NCBI GenBank assembly: GCA_963752285.1
Contig: CAVVXN010000002.1
Coordinates: forward strand, 96,001-160,000
Source of the DNA: an uncultured Planctomycetota bacterium
GTDB lineage: Bacteria > Planctomycetota > PLA2 > JAEUHO01
Length of the DNA: 64,000 bases
Direction of reading: 5' to 3'
This document shows, piece by piece, positions 27,336 to 37,176 of the stretch. How positions within the stretch are numbered: position 1 is the first letter of the stretch; each line of letters begins with the position of its first letter. Below the pieces are notes generated by a model that made no database searches, was not told the DNA's origin, and saw nothing but the letters and a program-made list of their open reading frames with translations. Position numbers and translations under genes: made by a program.

Positions 27336-28663
27336 TCCGGGCGCTCGAGATCGAGGCGCCCCCGTTCGCGCTCCGGATGCCGGGCCGTGCGCCGCTCCTC
27401 GTCGCGATGGCCTGCGCCCTCTGGGCGGGCGTCGATACGGGGCCTTGGGCGCTCGAAGGGTCGCCCGCGACGGGGATCGAGTGGGTCCACTACGCGCGCA
27501 CCCTGCTCCCGCTGGTCGTCCTGGCGGCATCGGCCCTCTACCTGCTCGGGCGGAGCGCGCTCGGAGGTGCGGTCGAGTCGGGCTCTTCCTCCCTCCCCGC
27601 GTCGGTGAGCTGCTTGATCGTGTACGGGGTCCTCGCGGCCGTCGGGGGCGCCATGTCCGCGCGGCCCGCCTGGGCGGCCTACTGGGCGGCGGCGTACTTC
27701 GGGGTCTTCCTCGCGCTGATCGCGGCGCTCCGGGCTCTCCGCGACGAGCCGCACGAGCGCGCCGCCCGGATCTGCAACCAGGTCACGTGGCTCATCGCCG
27801 CGGCGGTGCTCGCCGTCCTGGTCCTCGTCTCGGGGCGCGGACTGTTGGTCCACACGCGGGAGGGCCTCAGCGGGTACGGCGTCGTCAATCGGGTGGGGGC
27901 GGTGGGCGGGGTTCTCGTGTCGCGTGCCTCGGGATTCTCCCGGTTCGCCGCGATCCCCTGCGTCGTCGGGTTCGCCTGGTTCCTGAGGACGCGCGGGGCG
28001 CTCCGCTGGACCCTGGGGGTGGTCGTGGTCGCGTCGGCCGCCCTCGTCTACTGGATGCAGTCGCGCGGCGCGACGGTGGGTACGGCGGGCGCGCTCCTCT
28101 TCGTCGCGCTCCTCGCCGGTCGCCGGATCCGCCTGGGTCTCGCCGTGATGGCGCTCGCCCTGGTCATCGCCGTGCTCGGAGAGTGGGTCTCGGCCCAGGC
28201 CGTGCAGCGTGTCGAGGAGCAGCTCAGCCGCGGTCAGCACGCGCGGGAGCTCGGCTCCCTCACGGGCCGGACCCAGACGTGGGAAGCGGCCTGGGGGAGC
28301 CTCCAGGAAGACCCCTTGATCGGGCGCGGCTTCCAGGCGGACCGATCGATCCTCCACGCGCACGTGCACAACGCGCTCCTGTACGCGTGGCTGGCGGCGG
28401 GGCTCCCCGGCCTGTTGGCCTTCGCGGCGGGCTTCGTCGTGGCCTGGCGCGACCTCCTGCGTGTGGTCCGCGCCCGTGCGCCGAACGCGAGCGTGCTGGA
28501 CGCCACGACGTTGGCGTGCGGCGGGCTGCTCGTCTTCTTCAGCGCCCGGCTGATCCCGGAAGCCTCGGGCGCGGTCTTCGGCGTGGACCTGCTCGTGCTG
28601 GTGCCGGCGATGACCTATCTGGGCGTCCGCGCGCGCTCCGCACGGGCGGACCCCCATGCCTGA
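27332..28663 (+). CDS. O-antigen ligase / Wzy-like polymerase
   Basis: Multi-TM protein with SRG, SLTGR..W, PLIGRG, HVHN motifs. Confidence 0.82.
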   Translation: MIRALEIEAPPFALRMPGRAPLLVAMACALWAGVDTGPWALEGSPATGIEWVHYARTLLPLVVLAASALYLLGRSALGGAVESGSSSLPASVSCLIVYGVLAAVGGAMSARPAWAAYWAAAYFGVFLALIAALRALRDEPHERAARICNQVTWLIAAAVLAVLVLVSGRGLLVHTREGLSGYGVVNRVGAVGGVLVSRASGFSRFAAIPCVVGFAWFLRTRGALRWTLGVVVVASAALVYWMQSRGATVGTAGALLFVALLAGRRIRLGLAVMALALVIAVLGEWVSAQAVQRVEEQLSRGQHARELGSLTGRTQTWEAAWGSLQEDPLIGRGFQADRSILHAHVHNALLYAWLAAGLPGLLAFAAGFVVAWRDLLRVVRARAPNASVLDATTLACGGLLVFFSARLIPEASGAVFGVDLLVLVPAMTYLGVRARSARADPHA

Positions 28664-29936
28664 AGGACGCCTACGACCCCGGGTCCTCCTCGTCGCGTAC
28701 GCCTGCGATCCCCACCGCGGCTCGGAGGAGGGCGTCGGCTGGGGGTGGGTACGAGCGATCGCACAGCATGCGGACGTCGAGGTGCTGACCGCCCACCATC
28801 ACCGCGCATCCGTTCTGCGCTGCCTTCCGGGGTCCGGTCTTTGCCGCGTCGGGTTCCGATTCGTTCCCCCCCGTCCCTGGCACTACCGACCCTCGCCCGG
28901 ATGGCGACGGATCGAGGGCTCGATCCTGAAACCGCTGATGAACTGGGCCTACGCACGATGGCTGGACGACGCGCTTCGCGTGGCCCGGAGGCTCCACCGT
29001 GCGCGCCCCTTCGACCTCGTCCACCTCGTGACGTACGTGGGCTACCGGTTTCCGGGGCGATTCTGGCAACTGGGGATTCCCTTCGTCTGGGGACCCATCG
29101 GAGGTCTCGAGAACACGCCCTGGCGCTTCCTGCCGGCGCTCGGATGGAGCGGGGCCCTCTACTACACCGGGCGCAACCTGGTGAACGACCTGCAACGTCG
29201 CGTCCTCCCGGGGCCGCGCAGAGCCTTCCGCCGGGCGAGCGCCGTGATCGCCGCCACGGGGGCCATCGAGCGTGAGATCCGGCGTTGGTATGGCGTGCCC
29301 GCTCGGGTGATCTCCGAGGTCGGGCTCCCCGACGCCCGCCCGGGGGAGGTGCGACATCGAGGGACCGACGAGCCGCTACGTCTCGTCTGGAGCGGCGAAC
29401 ACCTGCCGGGAAAGGCGCTGCCGCTCCTGTTCCGTGCGCTCGTGTCGAGCGAGGCGCCGGCGTCGTGGCGGCTCACCGTCCTCGGGGAGGGCCCTTGCAC
29501 CGCGGCCTGGCGGAAGCTGTCGGACCGCCTCGGCCTCGCCGATCGCTGCGAGTGGACGGGATGGATCCCGCGTGAAGCGGCGCTCGCGACGATGCGAGCG
29601 TCTCACCTGCTGGTCGTGACGAGCATGAAGGACCTCACCTCGACCGTGGTCCTGGAGGGCATGTCGCTGGGCCTCGCGGTGGTGTGCCCGGACCACTGTG
29701 GGTTCCCCGACGCGGTCACGTCCGGATGCGGACTGCGCGTCCCGGTGACCCGGCCGGCCGCGTTCGTGTCGGGGCTGGCCCGCGCGCTGCGCAGCCTTCA
29801 CGACGACGAGGCCCTGCGTCGGCGGCTGGCTGCCGGCGCGCTTCGACGCGCCGAAGCGTACTCCTGGAACGTCAAGGCCTTGAAGATCCGCGATGAGTAC
29901 AGCCGTGTTCTCGGACTCGCTCGCGCATCCGCCTAG
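28656..29936 (+). CDS. Glycosyltransferase family 4
   Basis: AYACDPHRGSEEGVGW, WGPIGG, KALPLL, VVLEGM. Confidence 0.88.
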   Translation: MPEGRLRPRVLLVAYACDPHRGSEEGVGWGWVRAIAQHADVEVLTAHHHRASVLRCLPGSGLCRVGFRFVPPRPWHYRPSPGWRRIEGSILKPLMNWAYARWLDDALRVARRLHRARPFDLVHLVTYVGYRFPGRFWQLGIPFVWGPIGGLENTPWRFLPALGWSGALYYTGRNLVNDLQRRVLPGPRRAFRRASAVIAATGAIEREIRRWYGVPARVISEVGLPDARPGEVRHRGTDEPLRLVWSGEHLPGKALPLLFRALVSSEAPASWRLTVLGEGPCTAAWRKLSDRLGLADRCEWTGWIPREAALATMRASHLLVVTSMKDLTSTVVLEGMSLGLAVVCPDHCGFPDAVTSGCGLRVPVTRPAAFVSGLARALRSLHDDEALRRRLAAGALRRAEAYSWNVKALKIRDEYSRVLGLARASA

Positions 29937-30870
29937 CGTGCCCGCGGGGGACGACGCGCGTCCTCCGGGCCTGCGGGCGCGGGCGCTCCGGCGTCTCGTT
30001 CGGTGCTTGCCCCTGGCCGGCGGGCAGTACCGACTCGTCAACCACGCCGCCCTCCGCTCGTGGGGACGGGAGGGCGGCATCCAGGTCGCCGACCTCCGGC
30101 ACGGCGGTCGCGTCCTCTGCGATCTCCGGGACAACGACGGGCGCGCGTTGTGGTTCGCGGGGACCAACGATCCGCGGCTCTCCCTCCTCCTCTCGCGGTT
30201 GATCCGCGAGGGGGACACGGTCGTGGACGTCGGGGCGAACCATGGCGAGTACTCCCTGCTCGCCGCGAGCCTCGTCGGCCCGCACGGGCGCGTCGTCGCG
30301 GTCGAGCCGAACCCGCTCCTCGCCGATCGACTCTCCGAGGCCGTTCGCCAAACCGGGGCCACGAACGTCACGGTGGTGCCGCTCGCCCTCTCCGACCGGG
30401 ACGGTCGCTCGACGCTCTGCTGGTATCGCGGTTGGACCGGGGGCGGGCACCTGGCGCGAGGCTCCGCGCGACGCGGGCCGTCCGCGGAGGTGGTGGTGGC
30501 GCGCGGAGACGAGATCCTGCCCCGTCTCGCGCCGACGTGCGCGAGGCTCCTCAAGATCGACACCGAGGGGCACGAGGCCTCCGTACTGGCCGGGGCCACG
30601 CGCTGGATCGAGACCGTTCGCCCGGACCTGATCGTGGTCGAGTCGGATCCGCGCCCGCGCGCCGACGGCTCGTGTCCCGCCCTCGCCCGTCTCGAGGCGC
30701 TCGGCTCGTACGCGCTCTTCGAGATCCCGCGATCGCTGGGTCGGCCGAGGCCCCGCGTCCTCCGACGCGGCGCTGCGACCCGCCGGACGGGACGGGACGT
30801 CCTCGCCGTGCGGGCGGACCTCCTTCCCGAGGTCCGGTCGGCGCTCGGACCGTGCGCCTGGTCGGGGAGC
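29893..30870 (+). CDS. FkbM-family methyltransferase (3' end uncertain)
   Basis: VVDVGANHG, VVAVEP, LLKIDTEGHE; as sequenced it reads straight into the WecB-type gene. Confidence 0.75.
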
Positions 30871-30930
30871 CGCCGCCCCCGGGACGGGCTCCGGGCTGCC
30901 CGCCGCCCGCAAGGGCGTGCGGGCGGTCGC

Positions 30931-31756
30931 GCCGTCACGGTGCTCGGGTCCCTGGTGGACCTCATCGACGTGCACGCCGCGGTGGAGGTGATCCAGGGCT
31001 GGATCCGAGCGCGGGGCGCCCGGACGCGGCGGCTCACCGTCACGGGCTTCCACGGGATCTGGGAGGCCGCCCGTTCCGATTCCCTCCGTCGGGTCCTCAA
31101 CTCGAGCGACCTCTGGGTCCCGGACGGCATCGCGCCCGTCTGGCTGGCGCGGCTGGCGGGATCACGGCGAGCACAGCGGGTCCCCGGAGCGGAGCTGATG
31201 ACCGCGTTCTTCGACGCGGCAAACGCCCACGGCTGGCGGAGCTACTTCTACGGCGATTCCCAAGAGACCCTCGACGCCTTGGTCTCCGCGGTCGAGCGGC
31301 GGTGGCCGGGGCACGTCGTGGCGGGCGCGGCGTCGCCGCCGTTCCGGGCCCTGACCCCGCAGGAGGACCAGGAGCACGTTCAGCGCATCAACGCGGCCCG
31401 GTCCGGACGTGCTCTGGGTCGGTTTGGGCCTCCCCAAGCAGGAGCGCTGGATCCACGACCACCGGGAGCACCTGCGCGTGCCGGTGGCCGTCGGCGTCGG
31501 CGCCGCGTTCGGCTTCGTGAGCGGTCGTCAGAGACGTGCGCCGGCTTGGATGGGCCGGGCCGGGCTCGAGTGGCTCCACCGCCTCTCGTCCACGCCGAGG
31601 CGCACCTGGCGGCGCGTGTTCGTCCAGGCCCCGGCGTTCGGCGCGGCCGTCCTCCTGGAGCGCATCGGCGCGCTCCGGTACGAGCCCTGTCGGCGTCGCA
31701 CGGGGTACGGGAGGGGAGAGGGTCAGAACCGAACGATGAAGTGCCAGGCGAGCTGA
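30931..31756 (+). CDS. WecB/TagA/CpsF (GT26) glycosyltransferase, frameshift near 31400 (start uncertain)
   Basis: VPDGI, RVPGAEL, SPPF in one frame; PDVLWVGLGLPKQE, GVGAAF, RAP, GLEW in the next frame. Confidence 0.8.
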
Positions 31757-32361
31757 GGGATCGCCACGAGCTCGAACGTGTTCTGCCGCGTGGCCACCAG
31801 CGCGCTGACCTCGGGTCCCGTGGTGAAGGCGTCCGTGATGTCCCACTCCCAGCCCAGGCCGACGTACCCGCCGTAGAAGTCCCCGGCGTGCCCGAAGAGA
31901 TGGGTCGGTCCGCCGACGCGCGTCCAGGAGGCGCCGGCGCGGACCACGGGGTGCGCGCGCGAGAGCGGCCGAAACGACGCCTTGAGGCCGCCCTGGACCT
32001 CGCTGAACGTCTCCTGGGAGGACGATCCTCGGAGCTCGTTGCCCAGGCCCTGGACCGCGAACCGCCCCTCGAACGACCAGGTCGCGAGCCGGCTCCGCCG
32101 GAACACCTGGCCGAACTCGAGCCCGCCGCCCACGGCGGGGTTCAGGGAAGCGAGCGCGCCCGCGTAGACCTCGCCCCGCGGGTACGAACGGGTCAACCCG
32201 GCGGTCGGGGCCGCCCCGGGGACCGTGCGCGCCTCCGGGTTCGAACGGACGGAGGGCGGCGGCTCCCCGGTGGCGTACCCCGGTACGGCCGCGCCGGGGG
32301 CGCTCGCGCACGCGGCGCACGCCAGGGCGACCGTCGCCGCGAACCACCTCGCGTGTCTCAT
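31723..32361 (-). CDS. Probable outer-membrane beta-barrel (lipo)protein
   Basis: Signal with Cys (LACAAC); alternating strands; terminal WHFIVRF. Confidence 0.65.
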   Translation of the reverse strand: MRHARWFAATVALACAACASAPGAAVPGYATGEPPPSVRSNPEARTVPGAAPTAGLTRSYPRGEVYAGALASLNPAVGGGLEFGQVFRRSRLATWSFEGRFAVQGLGNELRGSSSQETFSEVQGGLKASFRPLSRAHPVVRAGASWTRVGGPTHLFGHAGDFYGGYVGLGWEWDITDAFTTGPEVSALVATRQNTFELVAIPQLAWHFIVRF

Positions 32362-32366
32362 GCGCC

Positions 32367-33040
32367 CTAGAAGTTCCATATGAAGTGCCACGTGAGCTGG
32401 GGGACGACGTACAGGCGGTGGCCGCCCCAGACGAGCATGCCGCTGAGCTCCGGGCCCATCGTGAAGTGCTCGGAGAGGTCCGACTCGAAGCCTCCGCCGA
32501 GATAGACGCCCCCGTAGGACCGAGCTCCTGGACGAAGTTGGCCTGCCCCGCCACGTGGAACCACACGAGCCCCGCCCGCCCGGTCCAGTGGCGCCTCGCC
32601 TCCGGGGTGGACGCGACCTTCACGCCCGCCTCTACCTGGAACCATCGGGCCGTGAACGGGTCGCCCTTCGTGAGGAAGTCGCGGTAGTCGAGGAACTGCC
32701 ACGTGCCCCGCACCTCGCCCGACCAGAGGGCCGCGGGGGTGCGGCGGAACACCGCGCCGGCCTCGAGCGCGACGCCGCCGTGGGGCATGAGGCTGCCGTC
32801 CACGCCCCAGTAGGCGTTTCGATAGGGGCGGAGGGGGTCCGGACGCGCAAGGGGATCGGTGAGCTCGGGAGTCCCCCGCGTCAGCGGCTGGGGTGCGTAC
32901 ACCCGTCCGGCGTCCTGGAGCCCCCCTGCCTCTGCCCGAGACGGGGGTCCGGCGACCGATGACGCCAGGGGCGCGCCCCGGCACGCGCAGAGCACGAGCG
33001 GGGTCCAGGCCAGCGTGAAGAGCCCGGTGGCGAGCCTCAT
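32367..33040 (-). CDS. Paralogous outer-membrane beta-barrel (lipo)protein, frameshift near 32519
   Basis: Lipobox LCAC; shares WSxE.R, VxGGxK, YGGxYxG, GPE, PQLxWHF with the adjacent gene; ends WHFIWNF. Confidence 0.62.
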
Positions 33041-33200
33041 CCGCGTTGCCGCTCCATCCGATCCTCGAGCGCGTCAGGCTAGATGTGCCCTCCGACACGG
33101 TGGGAGCGCCACGGGCGGACCTCGCGCGGGCGAACCGACGGCCCCCGTCCGAGCATGCTGTCAGGATGTGCAGGACGACGGTCTCGGGGAGGCGCCCAAC

Positions 33201-34808
33201 ATGTCCTTCGACTCCGGCCCGCGACACGAGCGGGCCGACGACGCGGAGGAGCCCTGCGCCGGGCCCGCGGCGTCGCCGCAGGATCGGGAGGCCGACCGGA
33301 CGACGTCCGCCTCGAGAGACGGCCTCGCGCTCGACGCGCGTACACCGCCGACCGACCTGCGCGGCCGGAGCGTTCGAGGCGGCGTCGCGATCGCCGTCGC
33401 GGAGGGTGCGGCCACCGTCGTGAACCTCGCGGCGACGGCCGTCCTCGCCCGGCTCCTGCTTCCCGCCGACTTCGGCGTGGTGGCGCGCGTCGCTCCCATC
33501 GTGGCCTTCATCTCGCTGTTCGGAGACCTGGGCCTCAGCGCGGCCACGATTCAACGCGAGCGATTGACCGCCGCCCAGCTGAGCACGCTGTTCTGGATCA
33601 ACGCCGCGGTCGGGGCCCTGCTCTTCGTGGCCTCCGCCGGGGTGGCGCCTCTCATCGCCGGGTTCTACCGGGACCCGCGCGCAGGCTGGATCACCATCGC
33701 GCTGGCGACCGGCTTCCTTCCCGGTGGTCTGTCCGCACAACACGGCGCGCTCTTGAGCCGTCAGCTCCGCTTCTCCGCGCTGGCCCGCATCAGCCTCGTC
33801 TCCACGCTCGTCGGGGCTCTGTGCGGCTGCGCGGCCGCCTACGCGGGGCTGGGGTACTGGGCGCTGGCCGTCATGTCGGTGGCTTCCGGCTTCGCCCGCG
33901 CCGGTCAGCGCTGGTTCGCGGTGCGCTGGATCCCGGGTCGTCCCCGGCGCGGGACGGGCGTCCGCGGCATGCTGGCGTTCGGAGGGAACCTGACCGGATT
34001 CGAGCTCCTGAACTTCTTCTCGCGCAACGCCGACAACGTCCTGATCGGTAAGTTCGTCGGAGAGGGCCCCCTCGGTCTGTACTCGATGGCGTATCGCCTG
34101 CTGACGTTTCCCCTCTCGCGCGCGGTCTGGCCGCTCGGCCAGGTCGTCGTCCCCGCCCTCAGTCGCCTGCGCGGGGACCGCGAACGGTACGTTCGCTACT
34201 ACCTCGAGGCGATCGACCTCGTGCTGGTCGTGGTCGCGCCCGTCGTGGTGGGCGTCTTCGTCCTCGCCGACCCCCTCGTGCGACTCGTCCTCGGCGACCG
34301 CTGGCTTCCCAGCGTGCCCGTCTTCCGTCTCCTCGCGGCGAGCGGGGTCGTCGCCCCGATGTTCACCTCGGTGGGATGGCTCTACCTGAGCTCGGGCGCG
34401 ACGCGCACCATGATGCGGTGGGGGATGGTCGCCACGCCCCTGGTCGTCGGCTCCTTCGCGGTCGGGCTCCCGTTCGGGATCGCGGGGGTGGCGGGCGCGC
34501 GCTCGGCCATGATCCTGATCCTGTTCCTCCCCGGGATGGCCGTCGCGTGTCGTGCGGCCGACGTCCCGTTGACGGCGGTCCTGGCGAAGCTGGTCCCGCC
34601 CGTCGCCTCCGCTGGTCTCGCCGGAGCCGTCGCTTGGGGTCTACTGGAGCTCTGCCGGCTTGACGCGTCCGTCGGTCGGCTGGCCCTGGGCGCCGGCGCG
34701 GGCGCTTTCGTCTACGGAGTCGTCCTGACCTACGCCTTCCGCCATCCCGCGTTTCGCCGATTCGCGACCTGGGCCGGGGGCCGTCTCCGGAGGGCCCATC
34801 GGCCTTGA
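33201..34808 (+). CDS. wzx: Polysaccharide flippase (Wzx, PST family)
   Basis: LARLLLPADFG, DLGL, FGG, DNVLIG, LGLYSMAY; many TM segments. Confidence 0.88.
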   Translation: MSFDSGPRHERADDAEEPCAGPAASPQDREADRTTSASRDGLALDARTPPTDLRGRSVRGGVAIAVAEGAATVVNLAATAVLARLLLPADFGVVARVAPIVAFISLFGDLGLSAATIQRERLTAAQLSTLFWINAAVGALLFVASAGVAPLIAGFYRDPRAGWITIALATGFLPGGLSAQHGALLSRQLRFSALARISLVSTLVGALCGCAAAYAGLGYWALAVMSVASGFARAGQRWFAVRWIPGRPRRGTGVRGMLAFGGNLTGFELLNFFSRNADNVLIGKFVGEGPLGLYSMAYRLLTFPLSRAVWPLGQVVVPALSRLRGDRERYVRYYLEAIDLVLVVVAPVVVGVFVLADPLVRLVLGDRWLPSVPVFRLLAASGVVAPMFTSVGWLYLSSGATRTMMRWGMVATPLVVGSFAVGLPFGIAGVAGARSAMILILFLPGMAVACRAADVPLTAVLAKLVPPVASAGLAGAVAWGLLELCRLDASVGRLALGAGAGAFVYGVVLTYAFRHPAFRRFATWAGGRLRRAHRP

Positions 34809-35747
34809 GGGGGGCCCTCCGCTGCGTCCAGGCGCGCTCGCCCCGAGGATCCGGTAGATCCCGTAGCGCGTGAACACGGCATGGATCTGCGCGTCGTTCG
34901 CGCCGTCCGGCCCGTAGTTGACCGAAGCGAGGGCGCGGACCTGGGACCCGAGGATGACGGGGTAGTCGGTGGAGCGTGGCGCGACCTTCTGGACCTGCCA
35001 CCCGTTGAGCGCGGTCATCGCCTTCAGCCACACGTCGTCGGCCGTTGGGCAGAGGGACCGGAACACGTCTGCGCACAGGGTCTCGGGGGGGAGCGAGCCT
35101 GGAGGGTAGAGCGTGCCGGCGCCGCCCGTCGCGAAGAGCGACAGGGAAGGCCCGGCGAAACCCGGAGACATGTACTCCCAGCGGGCGTACGGCTCGAGCT
35201 CGTGACCGGGACCGTAGGTCATCCGGTGTGCGCGATGCGAGTGGACGTGGCGCGGCGCCCGCCGATAGGACTCGTAGAGCTCGCGAAGCCATGCCCGGGG
35301 GTAGATCATGTCGTCGTCACACGTGACGATGATCGCTTCCGGGTGTTCGGCCAGCGTGGGCACGATCTTCTTGTAGGGCCCGATGTCCGTGCAGCGTCCG
35401 ATGGACACGCCCCGCGCCGCTTGACGCCGGAGGGCGCGCGGGAGCTCGTCGTCCAGGACGTCGTCCGCGAGCCAGAGCAGGATCCGGTCGGGCCGGAGCG
35501 ACTGACGCAGCAAGGACTCCACGCAGAGCGGGAGCGTCCGCAGCCGGGGGCCGTAGCTCGTGAGAGACACGATCAGCGGCGGCGACCGCCCGCCAGCAGA
35601 AGGCCCGGGCCCGCCGTCCCTTTCGGAGAGCCTCCGATATCGGCCCTCGACGGCGCGCTGCGCCGCGAGGGCGGCCCACGACCGCAGGGCACAGAGGGCC
35701 GGGCCCACGAAGGGAAGCCGCAGGGCTCGGCTCGCCAGGGCTCTCAC
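34641..35747 (-). CDS. GT-A fold glycosyltransferase
   Basis: IVSLTSY..R, SLLRQS, DIGPYKK, TCDDD, GAGTLYPP, ADDVW; the 3' end overlaps wzx convergently. Confidence 0.8.
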   Translation of the reverse strand: MRALASRALRLPFVGPALCALRSWAALAAQRAVEGRYRRLSERDGGPGPSAGGRSPPLIVSLTSYGPRLRTLPLCVESLLRQSLRPDRILLWLADDVLDDELPRALRRQAARGVSIGRCTDIGPYKKIVPTLAEHPEAIIVTCDDDMIYPRAWLRELYESYRRAPRHVHSHRAHRMTYGPGHELEPYARWEYMSPGFAGPSLSLFATGGAGTLYPPGSLPPETLCADVFRSLCPTADDVWLKAMTALNGWQVQKVAPRSTDYPVILGSQVRALASVNYGPDGANDAQIHAVFTRYGIYRILGASAPGRSGGPPSRPMGPPETAPGPGRESAKRGMAEGVGQDDSVDESARAGAQGQPTDGRVKPAELQ

Positions 35748-35787
35748 CGGGCGCGGCCGAGCGTGCCGATCACGCGCTTCGACCCGT

Positions 35788-36474
35788 TCAGTTGGGCAGC
35801 GCGAGGACCATCCCCTCCGACACGTCCGGGGTGGGGAGCTTCTCGCGGTTCGCGATCCAGATGTCCGGCCAGCGGGTGACGTCCTTGTAGACCTGCTTCG
35901 CGATCTTCATCAGGTCGTCGCCGTGCCTCACCGTGTAGGTGGCGCCGGGCTTCGGCGCGTCCGCGGACGGGGTCTTCGCGACCTCGGTCGGCGCGACCTT
36001 GGTCTGGTCGTTCTCGATCCCCAGGTCGTGAAGGCTCGGGATCTTGATCTTCTGCCCCGTGTGGATCGACTCGCTCTCGAGCCCGTTGAACGTCATGAGC
36101 TGACGCCAGAACTTGGACGACGGGTAGTACTTCTGCGAGATCTCGCTGAGCGTCTCGCCGGCCGCGACCACGTGGACCTTCGCCGCCGCGGGGGCGGGGG
36201 CCGGCGTCTCGGTCTTCTCGATCGGGGCGGGCTTCGGGGGATCCACCGGCGGAAGGGGGTCCACCTTCGGGAGCGGGTCGGGCGCCTGCGGCTCGTCGCG
36301 GGGAGGCAGCGGGTCCTGGCCCACGTCGGCCCCGGGCGCGTTCGGCAGCTCCGCCACCGTGCCCGGAGCGCAGCCCGGCTGCGGCTCCTCGGTCCACGTG
36401 ACGACTGCGACCACGAGGATCATCACGAGGATGACCCCGATCACCACCACCGACAGCCGTTCGAAGGTGCCCAT
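35788..36474 (-). CDS. Membrane-anchored protein with two LysM domains
   Basis: TM, Pro-rich linker, HVVAAGETLSEIS..YY and YTVRHGDDLMKIA..W..I..AN. Confidence 0.88.
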   Translation of the reverse strand: MGTFERLSVVVIGVILVMILVVAVVTWTEEPQPGCAPGTVAELPNAPGADVGQDPLPPRDEPQAPDPLPKVDPLPPVDPPKPAPIEKTETPAPAPAAAKVHVVAAGETLSEISQKYYPSSKFWRQLMTFNGLESESIHTGQKIKIPSLHDLGIENDQTKVAPTEVAKTPSADAPKPGATYTVRHGDDLMKIAKQVYKDVTRWPDIWIANREKLPTPDVSEGMVLALPN

Positions 36475-36651
36475 CGATCGTCCTCCCGGGGCCCTCGTCC
36501 GGCACGCCCGGGGCCCGGGAAGCCGGGCTCGTCGAGGCCCTCCAGACCTCCCAAAGTAGGGCAGGACGCGAAGAGTGCAACCTCGAAGTCCCCAAGGGCT
36601 TGAAGGAGATCCCCGGTTCGGCCCCCACATGCTGGGGGCGCCCCCCTCGGG

Positions 36652-37176
36652 CTACGTCGCGGGGGCGTCGGGCTCGAGGCGCACCAACGCCGCCCCCTTC
36701 TCGACGGCCTGCCCGGGCCCGACGTGGAGGCGCCGGACGGTCCCGGCCCTCGGCGCCCGGATCTCGTTCTCCATCTTCATCGCCTCGAGGATCAGGAGCG
36801 GCTCGCCGGCCTCGACCCGCGCCCCCTCGGCCACCCGGACCTCCTTCACGACGCCGGGCATGACGCTTCGGACCTCGGCGGGGCCCTGGCCGCCGCGCTT
36901 CGTGCCGGTCGCGAGGCGCGCGAGGCGGGTCCGCTCGTCCTCGATCCGGAGCGCCACGTCGTGGTCGTGGAACGAGAGGACCGCCTCGCCGTCCTCGAAC
37001 CGGAGCGCGTACGCGTGGCTGTTCCCGTCCACGATCAAGCTGTAGAGGCCCGTCCCCTCGACCGAGGCCACGTCGGCCGGGTGGGGGACCCCGTCCACGA
37101 GCACCTCGAGGCCGGCCTTCGTCTGCCGGACCTCGACCGCCCGCTCCCGCCCGGCGACCGTCACGTAGTACCTCAA
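36652..37176 (-). CDS. Biotin carboxyl carrier subunit of an acyl-CoA carboxylase
   Basis: EAMKMENE biotinylation motif; TTG start overlaps the upstream TGA. Confidence 0.85.
   Translation of the reverse strand: MRYYVTVAGRERAVEVRQTKAGLEVLVDGVPHPADVASVEGTGLYSLIVDGNSHAYALRFEDGEAVLSFHDHDVALRIEDERTRLARLATGTKRGGQGPAEVRSVMPGVVKEVRVAEGARVEAGEPLLILEAMKMENEIRAPRAGTVRRLHVGPGQAVEKGAALVRLEPDAPAT

Noticed and set aside
29893..32370. 825-aa FkbM-WecB fusion
   Set aside because: The tail is a frameshift product (31400) and the FkbM/WecB junction is low-complexity and ambiguous; not supportable as a real fusion
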